Positions 18,526 to 28,279 of a DNA stretch of 64,000 nt are shown one piece after another (the stretch's first letter is position 1; each line of letters starts with the position of its first letter). The position numbers and the translations under genes are program-made. Source of the DNA: Promethearchaeota archaeon (GTDB lineage Archaea; Asgardarchaeota; Lokiarchaeia; Sigyniarchaeales; SOKP01); contig JBHLLU010000008.1 in NCBI GenBank assembly GCA_048938895.1, forward strand, positions 1-64,000. Direction: 5' to 3'. Under the pieces are notes generated by a model. That model was not told where the DNA came from and did no database searches. It worked only from the letters and a program-made list of their open reading frames with translations.

Positions 18526-19376
18526 ACGAGATATTAGAAAAATCTTCCATTGAAAGTAAGGTAAAGAAAAAGAAATTGTTAGTGGGTGCGATTATTGCTG
18601 TTGTTGCAATTATTCTGTTTATTATATTAAGTAATCTATTTTGTTCATTTCCATTTATGCGTGAAACAGAATATTGTACAATATCAAAATACTGGAATCG
18701 ATTGGTTTCAGGATATCTCACAACCATGTGGTTATATGGATGGGCACTTATGTTTGGCTTTTTTTTAGGGCTTTCTCTCGCTCTACTCCGACAATATGGA
18801 GGAAATATTTTTTCAAGGGTTGCTACAGGCTATATTGAAATTATACGGGGAACACCTTTAATTGCTCAATTGTTTTTATTATATTATGGTTTGAATCTTC
18901 CAATTAGTAATTGGATTATTTATACTCAATTTCAAATTTTTGGGAAAGAAATTACATTTGTATTCTTGAGTCCTCGTATACTTTTTGGTATTATAGCTTT
19001 AAGTCTTAATAGTGCAGCATATCAAGCAGAATACCTACGAGGTGCTATGATTTCGGTTAGTTCTGGTCAATTATTGGCAGCTCAATCACTGGGAATGTCA
19101 AGATTGAATGGGATTCGTCATATTGTACTTCCACAAGCTCTTCGTCGTGTTATTCCCTCATGGTCAAACGAAGCTGCTTATCTTCCAAAATATACTGTTG
19201 TGGTTGCCTTAATTGGAGCCGCAGAACTCTTTGGTCAAGCAAAAAGTATTGTTTCGTTAGAATTTATATCTGTTTTTACTTATATTATTGTTGCTATAAT
19301 TTTTTTGGTTACAATTGCGATAATATCTAAAGGCTTAGATCTCCTTCATAAAAGAACAGGGATCCCTGGATTGTAA
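18522..19376 (+). CDS. Amino-acid ABC transporter permease
   Basis: IRGTPLIAQL and SAAYQAEYLRG motifs. Confidence 0.9.
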   Translation: MNEILEKSSIESKVKKKKLLVGAIIAVVAIILFIILSNLFCSFPFMRETEYCTISKYWNRLVSGYLTTMWLYGWALMFGFFLGLSLALLRQYGGNIFSRVATGYIEIIRGTPLIAQLFLLYYGLNLPISNWIIYTQFQIFGKEITFVFLSPRILFGIIALSLNSAAYQAEYLRGAMISVSSGQLLAAQSLGMSRLNGIRHIVLPQALRRVIPSWSNEAAYLPKYTVVVALIGAAELFGQAKSIVSLEFISVFTYIIVAIIFLVTIAIISKGLDLLHKRTGIPGL

Positions 19377-19514
19377 GCTTTAGATTCTTGAATTTAAGAT
19401 TTGGTCCTTTAAGATAGAAATTCTTAAATATTAATATGGGAGATTTATTATCATCAAAAAAGAAATCTAAAAATTACAATTAATTAAATTACTTGAAAAT
19501 GGGTTGAAAATCAT

Positions 19515-20354
19515 TTGAAAAGAGAATTTGGGATTTTTCTAATTATTTGTTGCATTGGGATCGGATTTTCTGCAGGGTGGGCAATTCCTACGTTTGTTTT
19601 GGAAGAAAAACAATGTCCGGAATGTCCGGAATGTCCAGAATGTCCTATATGTCCTGAAGAATCCGAACCATTACTTGATCAGATTATTTCACGAGGAGAA
19701 TTAATTGTTGGGACAAGTGCTGACTACCCACCATTCGAATATATAAATGCCACGGAAATCATAGGGTTTGATATTGATTTAATACAATTGATTGCTGATG
19801 AAATTGGTGTTAATTTGACTATAGTTGATATATCATTTGATGGTCTAATAAGTGCTTGTAACGCAAGCACTGTTGATATGATTGCAGCAGCAATAGTTTA
19901 CACAGAATCTCGAGCGGGAATCCTTGCAGCTTCTATAACTTATCTTACTCTCAGTCAAGTTGTTACTGTCAAAAATGCTTCGTCGCTTATCATAGAAACT
20001 TTAAATAATCTTACATCTTATACCGTTGGAGTTCTAGCAGGGAGTATAAACGAACTAGAATTGTTGGATTTAGGCATGACTGTAGGTGTAAATCTCATGG
20101 TTTATGATAGTGCTGATTCTCTATTCCTAGCTTTAGATTCTGGTGCAATTGACGCAGCTTATGTTGATCAGCCTTTATTTTTCGCATATAATGCATTTTA
20201 CAATCTTAAAATTATCTTTAATACACCAAATGAATCTTTAGTGATGTGGTGCAAATATGGGGAACCAGAATTGTTATATATAATTAATAAGGTTCTTTCT
20301 GATGTTTATCAAAATGGGACGATTTATACCTTAATTAAAAAATGGTTTGGATAA
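19515..20354 (+). CDS. Second polar amino-acid ABC substrate-binding protein with (CPE)n linker
   Basis: Paralog of 15707..16525 (VGTSADYPPFE). Confidence 0.9.
   Translation: MKREFGIFLIICCIGIGFSAGWAIPTFVLEEKQCPECPECPECPICPEESEPLLDQIISRGELIVGTSADYPPFEYINATEIIGFDIDLIQLIADEIGVNLTIVDISFDGLISACNASTVDMIAAAIVYTESRAGILAASITYLTLSQVVTVKNASSLIIETLNNLTSYTVGVLAGSINELELLDLGMTVGVNLMVYDSADSLFLALDSGAIDAAYVDQPLFFAYNAFYNLKIIFNTPNESLVMWCKYGEPELLYIINKVLSDVYQNGTIYTLIKKWFG
19614..19658 (+). repeat. Five 9-bp tandem repeats (TGTCCNGAA) encoding CPECPECPECPICPE
   Basis: Read directly. Confidence 0.9.
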
Positions 20355-20465
20355 CTATTACTTAATAACGGAGAATTGTATTAAAAACCATATATTATTT
20401 AATTTAATTTTATTCTTTTTTTATACTATTTATTTGCTATAATCTAAAATATTTTTGAGTTAATA

Positions 20466-21515
20466 ATGAAACTTGTCGATTTAAGGTCTGATACTGTAAC
20501 CAAACCTTCTCCGGAAATGTGGGAGATGATAAAATCAATGGATAATTCCAAGCTTGGGGATGATGTTATCGGTGAAGATCCTACTGTGAATGAATTAGAA
20601 GAAAAGGCAGCCAAAGTAGTAGGAAAAGAAGCAGCTTTGCTGGTAACTTCAGGGACTCAAGGAAATTTAGTTTCTCTCCTTTCTCAAACGAATCCTGGAA
20701 ATGAAATCTTATTAGAACAACAATGTCATATCGTGGGTCATGAAGTTGGAAGTGCAGCTCGTATTGGGGGACTAATGATACGGACTTACCCTTCGAGTAA
20801 AGGAGTTCCCTCAGTTGATCACCTTCAAGAATTAATTCGATACAAAGAAGACATACATGAACCAACAACGACTCTAATAAGTGTTGAAAATACCCATAAT
20901 TTCCATGGAGGTGTGATAATAAATCCAGAAATCTTAAAAAATTTAAGGGAATTTGCCCAAAAAAATGAATTGAGATTTCATTTAGATGGTGCTAGAATTT
21001 TCAATGCTGCTGTGGGTCTTAATATACCAGTAACAGATTTTACTAACCATGTTGATAGTGTAATGTTTTGTTTATCTAAAGGATTATCCTGTCCTATTGG
21101 ATCCATGGTGGCGGGATCAAAAGATTTTATATCTAAAGCTCGAAAGTTCCGTAAGATGTTAGGTGGAGGTATGCGACAAGCGGGGATAATTGCATCATTT
21201 GGATTAGTGGCGCTTGAGCCCAAATGGATTAAAAGATTAGAAGAAGATCATAGAAATGCAAAAATTCTTGCAGATGGGTTGAAGTTTCTTAAAGCACCTA
21301 TTAGGATAAATGAACCAGATACTAATATTGTTATTTTAGAATTTTTAAATAAAATTAGAATCTTTAAGATCATTACTGAGCTAGGGAAAGAGGGCATATT
21401 AGCGTTTAACATTAGCAAAGAAAAGATCCGTTTTGTAACTCACTATGGAATTCAGGAGGATGATATTGAATATAGTATAAAAAAAATTGGTGCGATACTA
21501 CAAAAATTTAATTAA
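20466..21515 (+). CDS. ltaE: Low-specificity L-threonine aldolase
   Basis: DLRSDTVTKP, ENTHN, HLDGARIFNA, CLSKGL motifs. Confidence 0.93.
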   Translation: MKLVDLRSDTVTKPSPEMWEMIKSMDNSKLGDDVIGEDPTVNELEEKAAKVVGKEAALLVTSGTQGNLVSLLSQTNPGNEILLEQQCHIVGHEVGSAARIGGLMIRTYPSSKGVPSVDHLQELIRYKEDIHEPTTTLISVENTHNFHGGVIINPEILKNLREFAQKNELRFHLDGARIFNAAVGLNIPVTDFTNHVDSVMFCLSKGLSCPIGSMVAGSKDFISKARKFRKMLGGGMRQAGIIASFGLVALEPKWIKRLEEDHRNAKILADGLKFLKAPIRINEPDTNIVILEFLNKIRIFKIITELGKEGILAFNISKEKIRFVTHYGIQEDDIEYSIKKIGAILQKFN

Positions 21516-21536
21516 AATCTTCATCTCTAATTCACT

Positions 21537-22109
21537 ATGTGTTTCTATATTACAGCAACTTTACCTCAAGGAACTCAAGTAGATAATTTTAGAAATATTC
21601 TTGAACAATATAAGATGGCTTTTACTCCAATCACCAATTCGAAAGTTCAATCTCAATTAAGACCAGATGAATTATATTTTAGAGCAACCAAGAATTACTG
21701 TGATTGTGATACGGTATTAGGGTCTTTGAATACTTTACAAGAGTTTCATAAAATATCCAACTCAAAAAAAGTTAAAGCACTAAGGAAGAAAAATTGGTCA
21801 GATGCAGAGATAAACAAGTGGATTGATACCAAATTGAGCAATCGTCAAAAAAAATCTGGAAAAAAGTTAAGCCCCATAGAGAGAAAAAATGAAACAGAAA
21901 GATGGATGAAATTTCTTCATGATTTATTGGATAATAAATTTGTTTCACGGATCGGGCTAATAAAACATTGGTATGAACAGGGATTAGAATATGATCAAAT
22001 TGAAATATTAAAAACTCAGAAAATTCTTATCAATGATCTTAAACCGGATTTATTACTTAATATGAGTGAAGATATCTTATATGAATTTATTCCAGATTAT
22101 AATTACTAA
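21537..22109 (+). CDS. Hypothetical protein (Cys motifs MC...CDCD)
   Basis: 190-aa ORF in line with ltaE; no family recognised. Confidence 0.6.
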   Translation: MCFYITATLPQGTQVDNFRNILEQYKMAFTPITNSKVQSQLRPDELYFRATKNYCDCDTVLGSLNTLQEFHKISNSKKVKALRKKNWSDAEINKWIDTKLSNRQKKSGKKLSPIERKNETERWMKFLHDLLDNKFVSRIGLIKHWYEQGLEYDQIEILKTQKILINDLKPDLLLNMSEDILYEFIPDYNY

Positions 22110-22159
22110 AATTGAAATTAAAAAAAATAAGAAAATATTGTTGAAATTCTTTTTTACTT

Positions 22160-22690
22160 TCAACCTTGGTTGAGGTCCTTAGCGTCATCATCTAATAAAT
22201 CATAATATTCTATATCAAATAAATCTCCATTAAGCTCTTTATTCCAATGGACTTTCACAGGCATTCCAACATAAGTATCTTTATAATCAACCTCAGGATT
22301 TAACTCTACCATATAGGCTGTATCTGCACCATCCTGACGAATTAAAACCATTGGCTTTTCCTGTACTTCACCTGTATCTGGATCCTTTAGATACGCAATT
22401 GAAAAGGTGGAAACTTCTCCAGTATCACGTAGATCAACCCATTGGTCAGGTTTTATTAGACATTTTCCGCATACTAGCCTAGGGGGAAAGAATACTCTAT
22501 TACATCCCGAACATTTTACTCCCACTAATTTTTTTTCTTTTAGTTTGTCCAGAAATGGTTTCATGTGAGATAAATTAAACTTATATGTATAACTGGATAA
22601 ATACCAATTACCTGGCATAGTCCTAGTTTCTAAATAGTCTTTTTTAATATAATCTAAAGATTTTCTTTGGGTTCTTTTTGAAATTTTCAA
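22160..22690 (-). CDS. Zn-ribbon/OB-fold DUF35 protein
   Basis: GVKCSGCNRVFFPPRLVCGKC. Confidence 0.85.
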   Translation of the reverse strand: MKISKRTQRKSLDYIKKDYLETRTMPGNWYLSSYTYKFNLSHMKPFLDKLKEKKLVGVKCSGCNRVFFPPRLVCGKCLIKPDQWVDLRDTGEVSTFSIAYLKDPDTGEVQEKPMVLIRQDGADTAYMVELNPEVDYKDTYVGMPVKVHWNKELNGDLFDIEYYDLLDDDAKDLNQG

Positions 22691-23938
22691 TCACCTCCAT
22701 TTTCTTTGTGGTTCATCTGACATCACCAACATTGTGCATAAGTTCAAAATTCCACCCCATCCATGACCGATCGCAGTATGCACTGTTTTTGGAACTTGGT
22801 TACTTGCCTTTCCCATTATCTGAAGAGCTGCGACAGCAGGTCTTTCCAAGGCGGAAGCTCCAATTGCATTTGTAGAATTAACACCTCCAGAGCAGCATAT
22901 TGGTAATTCACCTTTTAAAGAAGTCACCCCATTTTCATACATTTCTGGAGCAGTATTTTCCTCGAATAATCCAAGTTTTTCCACCCACATTAATTCCTGA
23001 TTGGGGAACGGAGAATAGACTTCTGCATAGTCAATTTCTTTTCTAGGGAACGAAATACCCGCTTGACCATAAGCTAATTCAGAAGATTTCATTGCTCCCA
23101 ACTGTTCTGATGGATCTATTTGTCCTGAGCCACTGCAATCATAACCAAGTACAGCAGTTTCATGGGCAACACTAGATACTCCATTTACATAGACAGGAAT
23201 ATCACAAACCTCTTTAGCTTTTTCTTCAGTAGTAAATAAAACTGCACAAGCGCCATCACTTGCAGGGCAAACCATCCCATATCTTAACGGATATGAGATA
23301 TATGGGGTATCTAACACCTCATCAATTGTAAGATCAGGCATTTTTAAATGAGCCCACCAAGTTTTTGCAGCATTTCGCCGATTTTGAACCACAACTCTTG
23401 CTAAATCTTCTTCAGTTATTCTTGCTTTACTCATATAATTAGTCGCTTGATAAGAAGCTACACCGATAGCTGCACCTGCAGATAAAATTCGGGTTAATCT
23501 TTCATATGTAATTCCTAATTCATTATAAGCTGTAATTTCACCATATGCTACACTAGCAAGACCAGTAGCTGTATCACCTTGACTTTGTTGTTCAAATCCA
23601 ATCGCAAGAACAGTGTCTATTCCCGGTAATCCCGCTGCTACCGAATAGTATCCTGCAATTGCTACAGTTCCTCCCGTGGTTCCTCCCGTTGTAACACGCA
23701 TCAATGGTTTGTTCCTTGCAAATAGCCAATCGGTCATCCATAATTCTGGAATATTTGCTCCTTCAAATGCAGGCATATTTCCATTTACATATGCATCAAT
23801 ATCGTTAAAGCTTAAACTTGGAACTTTCTTCAAACAATCCTCTATAGCTTCACTCACTAATTCAGGCATACTTACATCTGATCGTTTTGAAGCATGTTCG
23901 CTAAAGCCCGCAGAAATTATTGCAACTTGATTACCCAT
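22691..23938 (-). CDS. Thiolase-superfamily protein, Ltp3-like (no catalytic Cys)
   Basis: KPLMRVTTGGTTGG at the nucleophile loop; SGGVNSTNAIGAS; YSPF in place of HDAF. Confidence 0.8.
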   Translation of the reverse strand: MGNQVAIISAGFSEHASKRSDVSMPELVSEAIEDCLKKVPSLSFNDIDAYVNGNMPAFEGANIPELWMTDWLFARNKPLMRVTTGGTTGGTVAIAGYYSVAAGLPGIDTVLAIGFEQQSQGDTATGLASVAYGEITAYNELGITYERLTRILSAGAAIGVASYQATNYMSKARITEEDLARVVVQNRRNAAKTWWAHLKMPDLTIDEVLDTPYISYPLRYGMVCPASDGACAVLFTTEEKAKEVCDIPVYVNGVSSVAHETAVLGYDCSGSGQIDPSEQLGAMKSSELAYGQAGISFPRKEIDYAEVYSPFPNQELMWVEKLGLFEENTAPEMYENGVTSLKGELPICCSGGVNSTNAIGASALERPAVAALQIMGKASNQVPKTVHTAIGHGWGGILNLCTMLVMSDEPQRKWR

Positions 23939-23939
23939 G

Positions 23940-25094
23940 TTAATTATTCCCCTCCAATACGTATATTATATTATTTTGAGCACACATCCCTATTTGACCT
24001 GTTGCTACTGCTCTCTTTGCGTCTTTTACCTGATAACCATCAGCTTCTCCTGTAAGTTGTTTGGTTGCTTCAATTATTCTTATTATTCCTGTTGCACAAG
24101 GGGCATGACCCCCTATAGCCCCTCCTGAGGGATTTATAGGAAGATCTCCATTCACTTCCGAATCAATGCTAGAACCTTTTCCTCTCTCAGCAAACCCAAG
24201 AGCTTCTGAAAATATTAATTCTTCATGAGCATAAGCTTCAAAAAATTCAGCAACATTGATTTCCTCCTTAGGATTTGTTATTCCTGCAGCCTTAAATGCC
24301 ATTTTTCCAGCAGTTTCCATTGAATTCGAAATCGATAGATTTCTTTCACCAATATAATAAGTTTCTTGGTTATAACCCACCCCCGTGATCCATACTGGTT
24401 TGTCTGTAATTTTCAATGCTTGTTTCTCGGGTGCTAATAATAAGGCAGCAACACCATCACACGGCTGAGCAACCATTAATTCAGTGACCGGATCAGAATA
24501 TATTTCCGATTCTAGTACCTCATTAATAGTTATATTATTATTTCGAGCTTCTTCTAAAGCCAAAGGATTTTTTGCAGCATTTCTCCTATTTTTAACCGCT
24601 ACTTTTGCAATATCTTCCTTACTAACTCCATATTTTTCCATATAAGCTCTCATTTGAAATCCTGCAGATGTAATATCATTTACATACGCTAATGGACGTT
24701 CCCAAGTCGGGTCTGTTTCATACAACCGAGCAGAGTGATATGGAAAACATGAAGCCATGCTTCCACCCCACACTACTGCTAATTTATGATTCCCTGATAA
24801 AATCCTCATTAATCCATATAATACGGCATGAGCACCATCCATTTCAACTTTACTTTCATCAGTTAGATAAGCTCCACCCACATCAACAGTAAAACAATTT
24901 GAAATTGTCCGTCCATCATAGTAATCATTAGTACAGGAAACTACAGTAGTAATATCCTTCTTTTTTAATCCTGCTTTATCAAGAGCACCTCTTACAGCTT
25001 CAAAAATCATTTCATACCGTCCATAATTTGCCTTAGAATATAATTTCACTTGACTATATCCCACAATACCTACTTTTTCCACTTTTTTTATCAC
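23940..25094 (-). CDS. Thiolase-superfamily protein, Ltp4-like
   Basis: DYYDGRTIS and ESKVEMDGAHA motifs; INPSGGAIG. Confidence 0.8.
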   Translation of the reverse strand: MIKKVEKVGIVGYSQVKLYSKANYGRYEMIFEAVRGALDKAGLKKKDITTVVSCTNDYYDGRTISNCFTVDVGGAYLTDESKVEMDGAHAVLYGLMRILSGNHKLAVVWGGSMASCFPYHSARLYETDPTWERPLAYVNDITSAGFQMRAYMEKYGVSKEDIAKVAVKNRRNAAKNPLALEEARNNNITINEVLESEIYSDPVTELMVAQPCDGVAALLLAPEKQALKITDKPVWITGVGYNQETYYIGERNLSISNSMETAGKMAFKAAGITNPKEEINVAEFFEAYAHEELIFSEALGFAERGKGSSIDSEVNGDLPINPSGGAIGGHAPCATGIIRIIEATKQLTGEADGYQVKDAKRAVATGQIGMCAQNNIIYVLEGNN

Positions 25095-25558
25095 CTCTTA
25101 AATTTCTCAAAACCCTTTATATCTGAAGGGTCTCCTTTTGTTTTTTCTTCCCATTTGACTTTTACTTCCATCCCCGTTTTCACTTCCTCAGGTGCTATAT
25201 CCAACAACCGATTTACTATTGCAGTATTACTTCCATCGATTTGCACCATACCGATAATTTGAGGTTTTTTTACCTTTCGAATGGATCTATCGTTAATTTT
25301 ATAGGGAGTAATAGTATAATTTTGTAAAATACCAGTATCCGGTAAATCAACCCAATTTTTATCTAATGATATTTTTTCATTGCATTTGCCACAAAATTTT
25401 CTAGGTGGTACAAAAACATCTCCACATTTGGGGCATTTATTTCCTATTATTTTCTTTTTTTCAAACGCATCATAAAATTTATCCATATATTGGCCGACCC
25501 AAAATGCAAAATCCGCTCGAACTAGTCCCTTTTTTGCGATAATTATCTTTTCAGTCAT
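25091..25558 (-). CDS. Zn-ribbon/OB-fold DUF35 protein
   Basis: GNKCPKCGDVFVPPRKFCGKC. Confidence 0.85.
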   Translation of the reverse strand: MTEKIIIAKKGLVRADFAFWVGQYMDKFYDAFEKKKIIGNKCPKCGDVFVPPRKFCGKCNEKISLDKNWVDLPDTGILQNYTITPYKINDRSIRKVKKPQIIGMVQIDGSNTAIVNRLLDIAPEEVKTGMEVKVKWEEKTKGDPSDIKGFEKFKR

Positions 25559-25683
25559 AATTTAACATTTAATTTTTTATTGAGATTCATTTATAATGAT
25601 TATAATTATAACTTTCATATATAAAATGTTAATCTGATACTATGGAATGTTGAAAAACAGAAATAATATATGTATGATAAAAC

Positions 25684-26559
25684 CTATCTCTTATAAGTTC
25701 GCATAAAATCAACTATTTCAGTATTTTTCTTAAATACTTTTAATTGATCCTTTTTAAGGCATTCATCTGCAATTGCTTTGCATTCTTTTAATTCAACTTT
25801 TCTTTCCCCTATTGCTTTGGATAGATCTGGTAAAAAGTCACATATGGCATGTAATTCTAAAACCCTCCCTCTATACTTTTTTTTCGCTAAATCGCTTGCA
25901 AGAAATACATATGCAGGTGAAATGAATTCTGGGGGAACTGTGATATCCATCATTTGACCCCATTTTCTTAAATCTTCAGCCATTTGAGTCTCTATACCCG
26001 CGGGTGTTACAACATTGACATTAATATTGTATGGTTTTAACTCTACACTTAGACATTTCCCCATTGCAGACACCGCAGCTTTAGAACCGGCATATGCTAC
26101 CTTTTTTGGCGCAAAATAGACATTGCCCATGACTGAAGAGGTCATAACAATGCTTCCGCTTTTTTGTTCAATCATCTTTGGTAGAACTTCCTTTATTAAA
26201 GCATAATAACTCAAAATATTGAGATTAAACAATTTCTGAGCATATTCAATAGGAGTATCAACTACAGATGAAACATGTGTTATTCCTGCATTATTAACTA
26301 ATATATCAATAGTGTCAAAGAAATTAAAAAATTGTTTAGCACATTCCCTTACACCATCTAATGTTGATAAATCTACAGATATTGCTAATCCTTTAACCCC
26401 AAATTTCTCAATTTCTTGGACAGTATAATCTAATTGTTCTTTAGTCCGTGAACAAACAGCTACATTTGCCCCATTTCTAGCAAAATCGATGGCTACTTCC
26501 CTGCCAATCCCACGTCCCCCTCCAGTTACTAAAGCATTCTTTCCTTCAAGTAATTTCAT
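25684..26559 (-). CDS. Short-chain dehydrogenase/reductase
   Basis: TGGGRGIG, NNAG, YAGSK motifs. Confidence 0.92.
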   Translation of the reverse strand: MKLLEGKNALVTGGGRGIGREVAIDFARNGANVAVCSRTKEQLDYTVQEIEKFGVKGLAISVDLSTLDGVRECAKQFFNFFDTIDILVNNAGITHVSSVVDTPIEYAQKLFNLNILSYYALIKEVLPKMIEQKSGSIVMTSSVMGNVYFAPKKVAYAGSKAAVSAMGKCLSVELKPYNINVNVVTPAGIETQMAEDLRKWGQMMDITVPPEFISPAYVFLASDLAKKKYRGRVLELHAICDFLPDLSKAIGERKVELKECKAIADECLKKDQLKVFKKNTEIVDFMRTYKR

Positions 26560-26679
26560 AATTGATCTCTCTAAATTCCTTCTTTAGAAATTTAATGTTA
26601 AATATTATTTAGCATTATAATCTTAAATTTTATTAAAAAGTCAGTATTTTTGGAATTAAATAATCAATGTGTTAGATTT

Positions 26680-27555
26680 ATGGAAGAAGAATTATCATCA
26701 AAATTAGTCATAAGTGCTGCCTTAGCAGGATCAACAACAAGAAAAGAGCAGAATCCTGCTGTTCCTTATAGCCCTGAAGAATTTGGAGAAGAAGCTAAAA
26801 AATGTTTTGATGCGGGAGCCACTACCGTACATATTCATGCAAGAGATGTAAATACAGGCTTTCCTACACCTGAAATAGAAAAAATTCGAGCTGTTATAGA
26901 AGCTATCAATAGAAAAGCTCCAGAAATAATTATAAACATTACGAGTTCTATAGGTATGACTTTAGAACAAAGAGTTGCTCCCACAAAAACGTTTAAACCC
27001 TTAATAGCTTCATTGAATACGAATTCGATGAATTTTGGTATAGGTAATTTTAAGACAGGGGAAGTAGTGGCCAATGCTGATGGTATTTTTAGGAATACAT
27101 TCCTTACCATTCAGACACTAGCTAAAGCCATGAAAGAGGCTAAAACCAAACCCGAATTAGAAGTGTATGATTTTGGGGGTCTATATAATATTCTTTTCCT
27201 TGATAAACAAGAGGATCTATTTGAACATCCCTTACATTTCCAATTTGTTTTTGGAACTTTGGGGGGTGTACCATTTTCATATCAAAACTTAGCAGGATTT
27301 CTTAACTTAATGCCGTCGGGATCTTCATGGAGTGTATGTGGAGTAGCAAAGGACCAATTTCGAGCAGGATTATGCGCGGCAGCGATGGGTGGTCATATCC
27401 GCGTAGGTCTGGAAGATAATATACGTGTTCCAGATGGGCGTTTGGCAAAAGGATCCTGGGAACAAGTAGAATGGGCAGCGACAGTAGCAAAATTAGCAGG
27501 AAGAGAGGTAGCAACACCAGATGAAACTCGCAAGATTTTCAATTTGCTACAATAA
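26680..27555 (+). CDS. Beta-keto acid cleavage enzyme (BKACE/Kce family)
   Basis: NPAVPYSPEE, VHIHAR, KPELEVYD, GGHIRVGLEDN motifs; ATG 26680 preferred as start. Confidence 0.9.
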   Translation: MEEELSSKLVISAALAGSTTRKEQNPAVPYSPEEFGEEAKKCFDAGATTVHIHARDVNTGFPTPEIEKIRAVIEAINRKAPEIIINITSSIGMTLEQRVAPTKTFKPLIASLNTNSMNFGIGNFKTGEVVANADGIFRNTFLTIQTLAKAMKEAKTKPELEVYDFGGLYNILFLDKQEDLFEHPLHFQFVFGTLGGVPFSYQNLAGFLNLMPSGSSWSVCGVAKDQFRAGLCAAAMGGHIRVGLEDNIRVPDGRLAKGSWEQVEWAATVAKLAGREVATPDETRKIFNLLQ

Positions 27556-27674
27556 CCTAAAGATTGAGAATATTTTTGGATTCTCTCCCAGAATTTTACT
27601 AATTTCTACATTTTTGAAAATTAAATTGCCTTTTTTTGGAGGGATTTTATTAAATGAAAAAAAAATAAAAAAAA

Positions 27675-28277
27675 TTAAAATGTAAATCCTTCTGGTAACT
27701 CAGATTCAGGTGTACCTTCTGGAACAAACATTAAATCCATAATAGTATAAGTTGGAGATTTTGTACGGAATATTGGAATAATTTTTTTCCCAATTTCAGG
27801 TTCCCCAACTGCTAGAACACTCATAAGGATTGTAACAACTTCTTCATCAAATTCAACATTTATAAATTTTATTGGTAGAGGTAATGTATTAAAAGCTCCG
27901 GATCTATGAGTTACAATAAAAGAATGGACTTTTGAATATTTCCGAGCTTTATCAGTGATATCAATTGGAGTATTCCTTCTTAAACAATCAGGACAATAAA
28001 TTCTGAAAGGTTCATAAATCGAACCTTTTGTCTCACAGTTTTGATTATCACATCTTGAAGCCATGAGTTTACCTTTTCCTAAAGACTCAAAAAATATAGC
28101 TTCACCACCGTAAGAGTGAATATATGTCATATCCCGTGGATTTGTTACCCCCGCTAACTTACCAGTGTCTTTGTTAAAAATGGGCTGATTTGCTTCTGGA
28201 ATGTGAAAAATTCCTCTCGGTTTATATCTACCATCGATTATATCTACATAACCTTTTTCATCATCTTTCTTTACCAT
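27675..28277 (-). CDS. DUF35-like Zn-ribbon/OB-fold protein with N-terminal extension
   Basis: RCDNQNC...RIYCPDC; coupled to the upstream thiolase gene. Confidence 0.78.
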   Translation of the reverse strand: MVKKDDEKGYVDIIDGRYKPRGIFHIPEANQPIFNKDTGKLAGVTNPRDMTYIHSYGGEAIFFESLGKGKLMASRCDNQNCETKGSIYEPFRIYCPDCLRRNTPIDITDKARKYSKVHSFIVTHRSGAFNTLPLPIKFINVEFDEEVVTILMSVLAVGEPEIGKKIIPIFRTKSPTYTIMDLMFVPEGTPESELPEGFTF

Positions 28278-28279
28278 TT

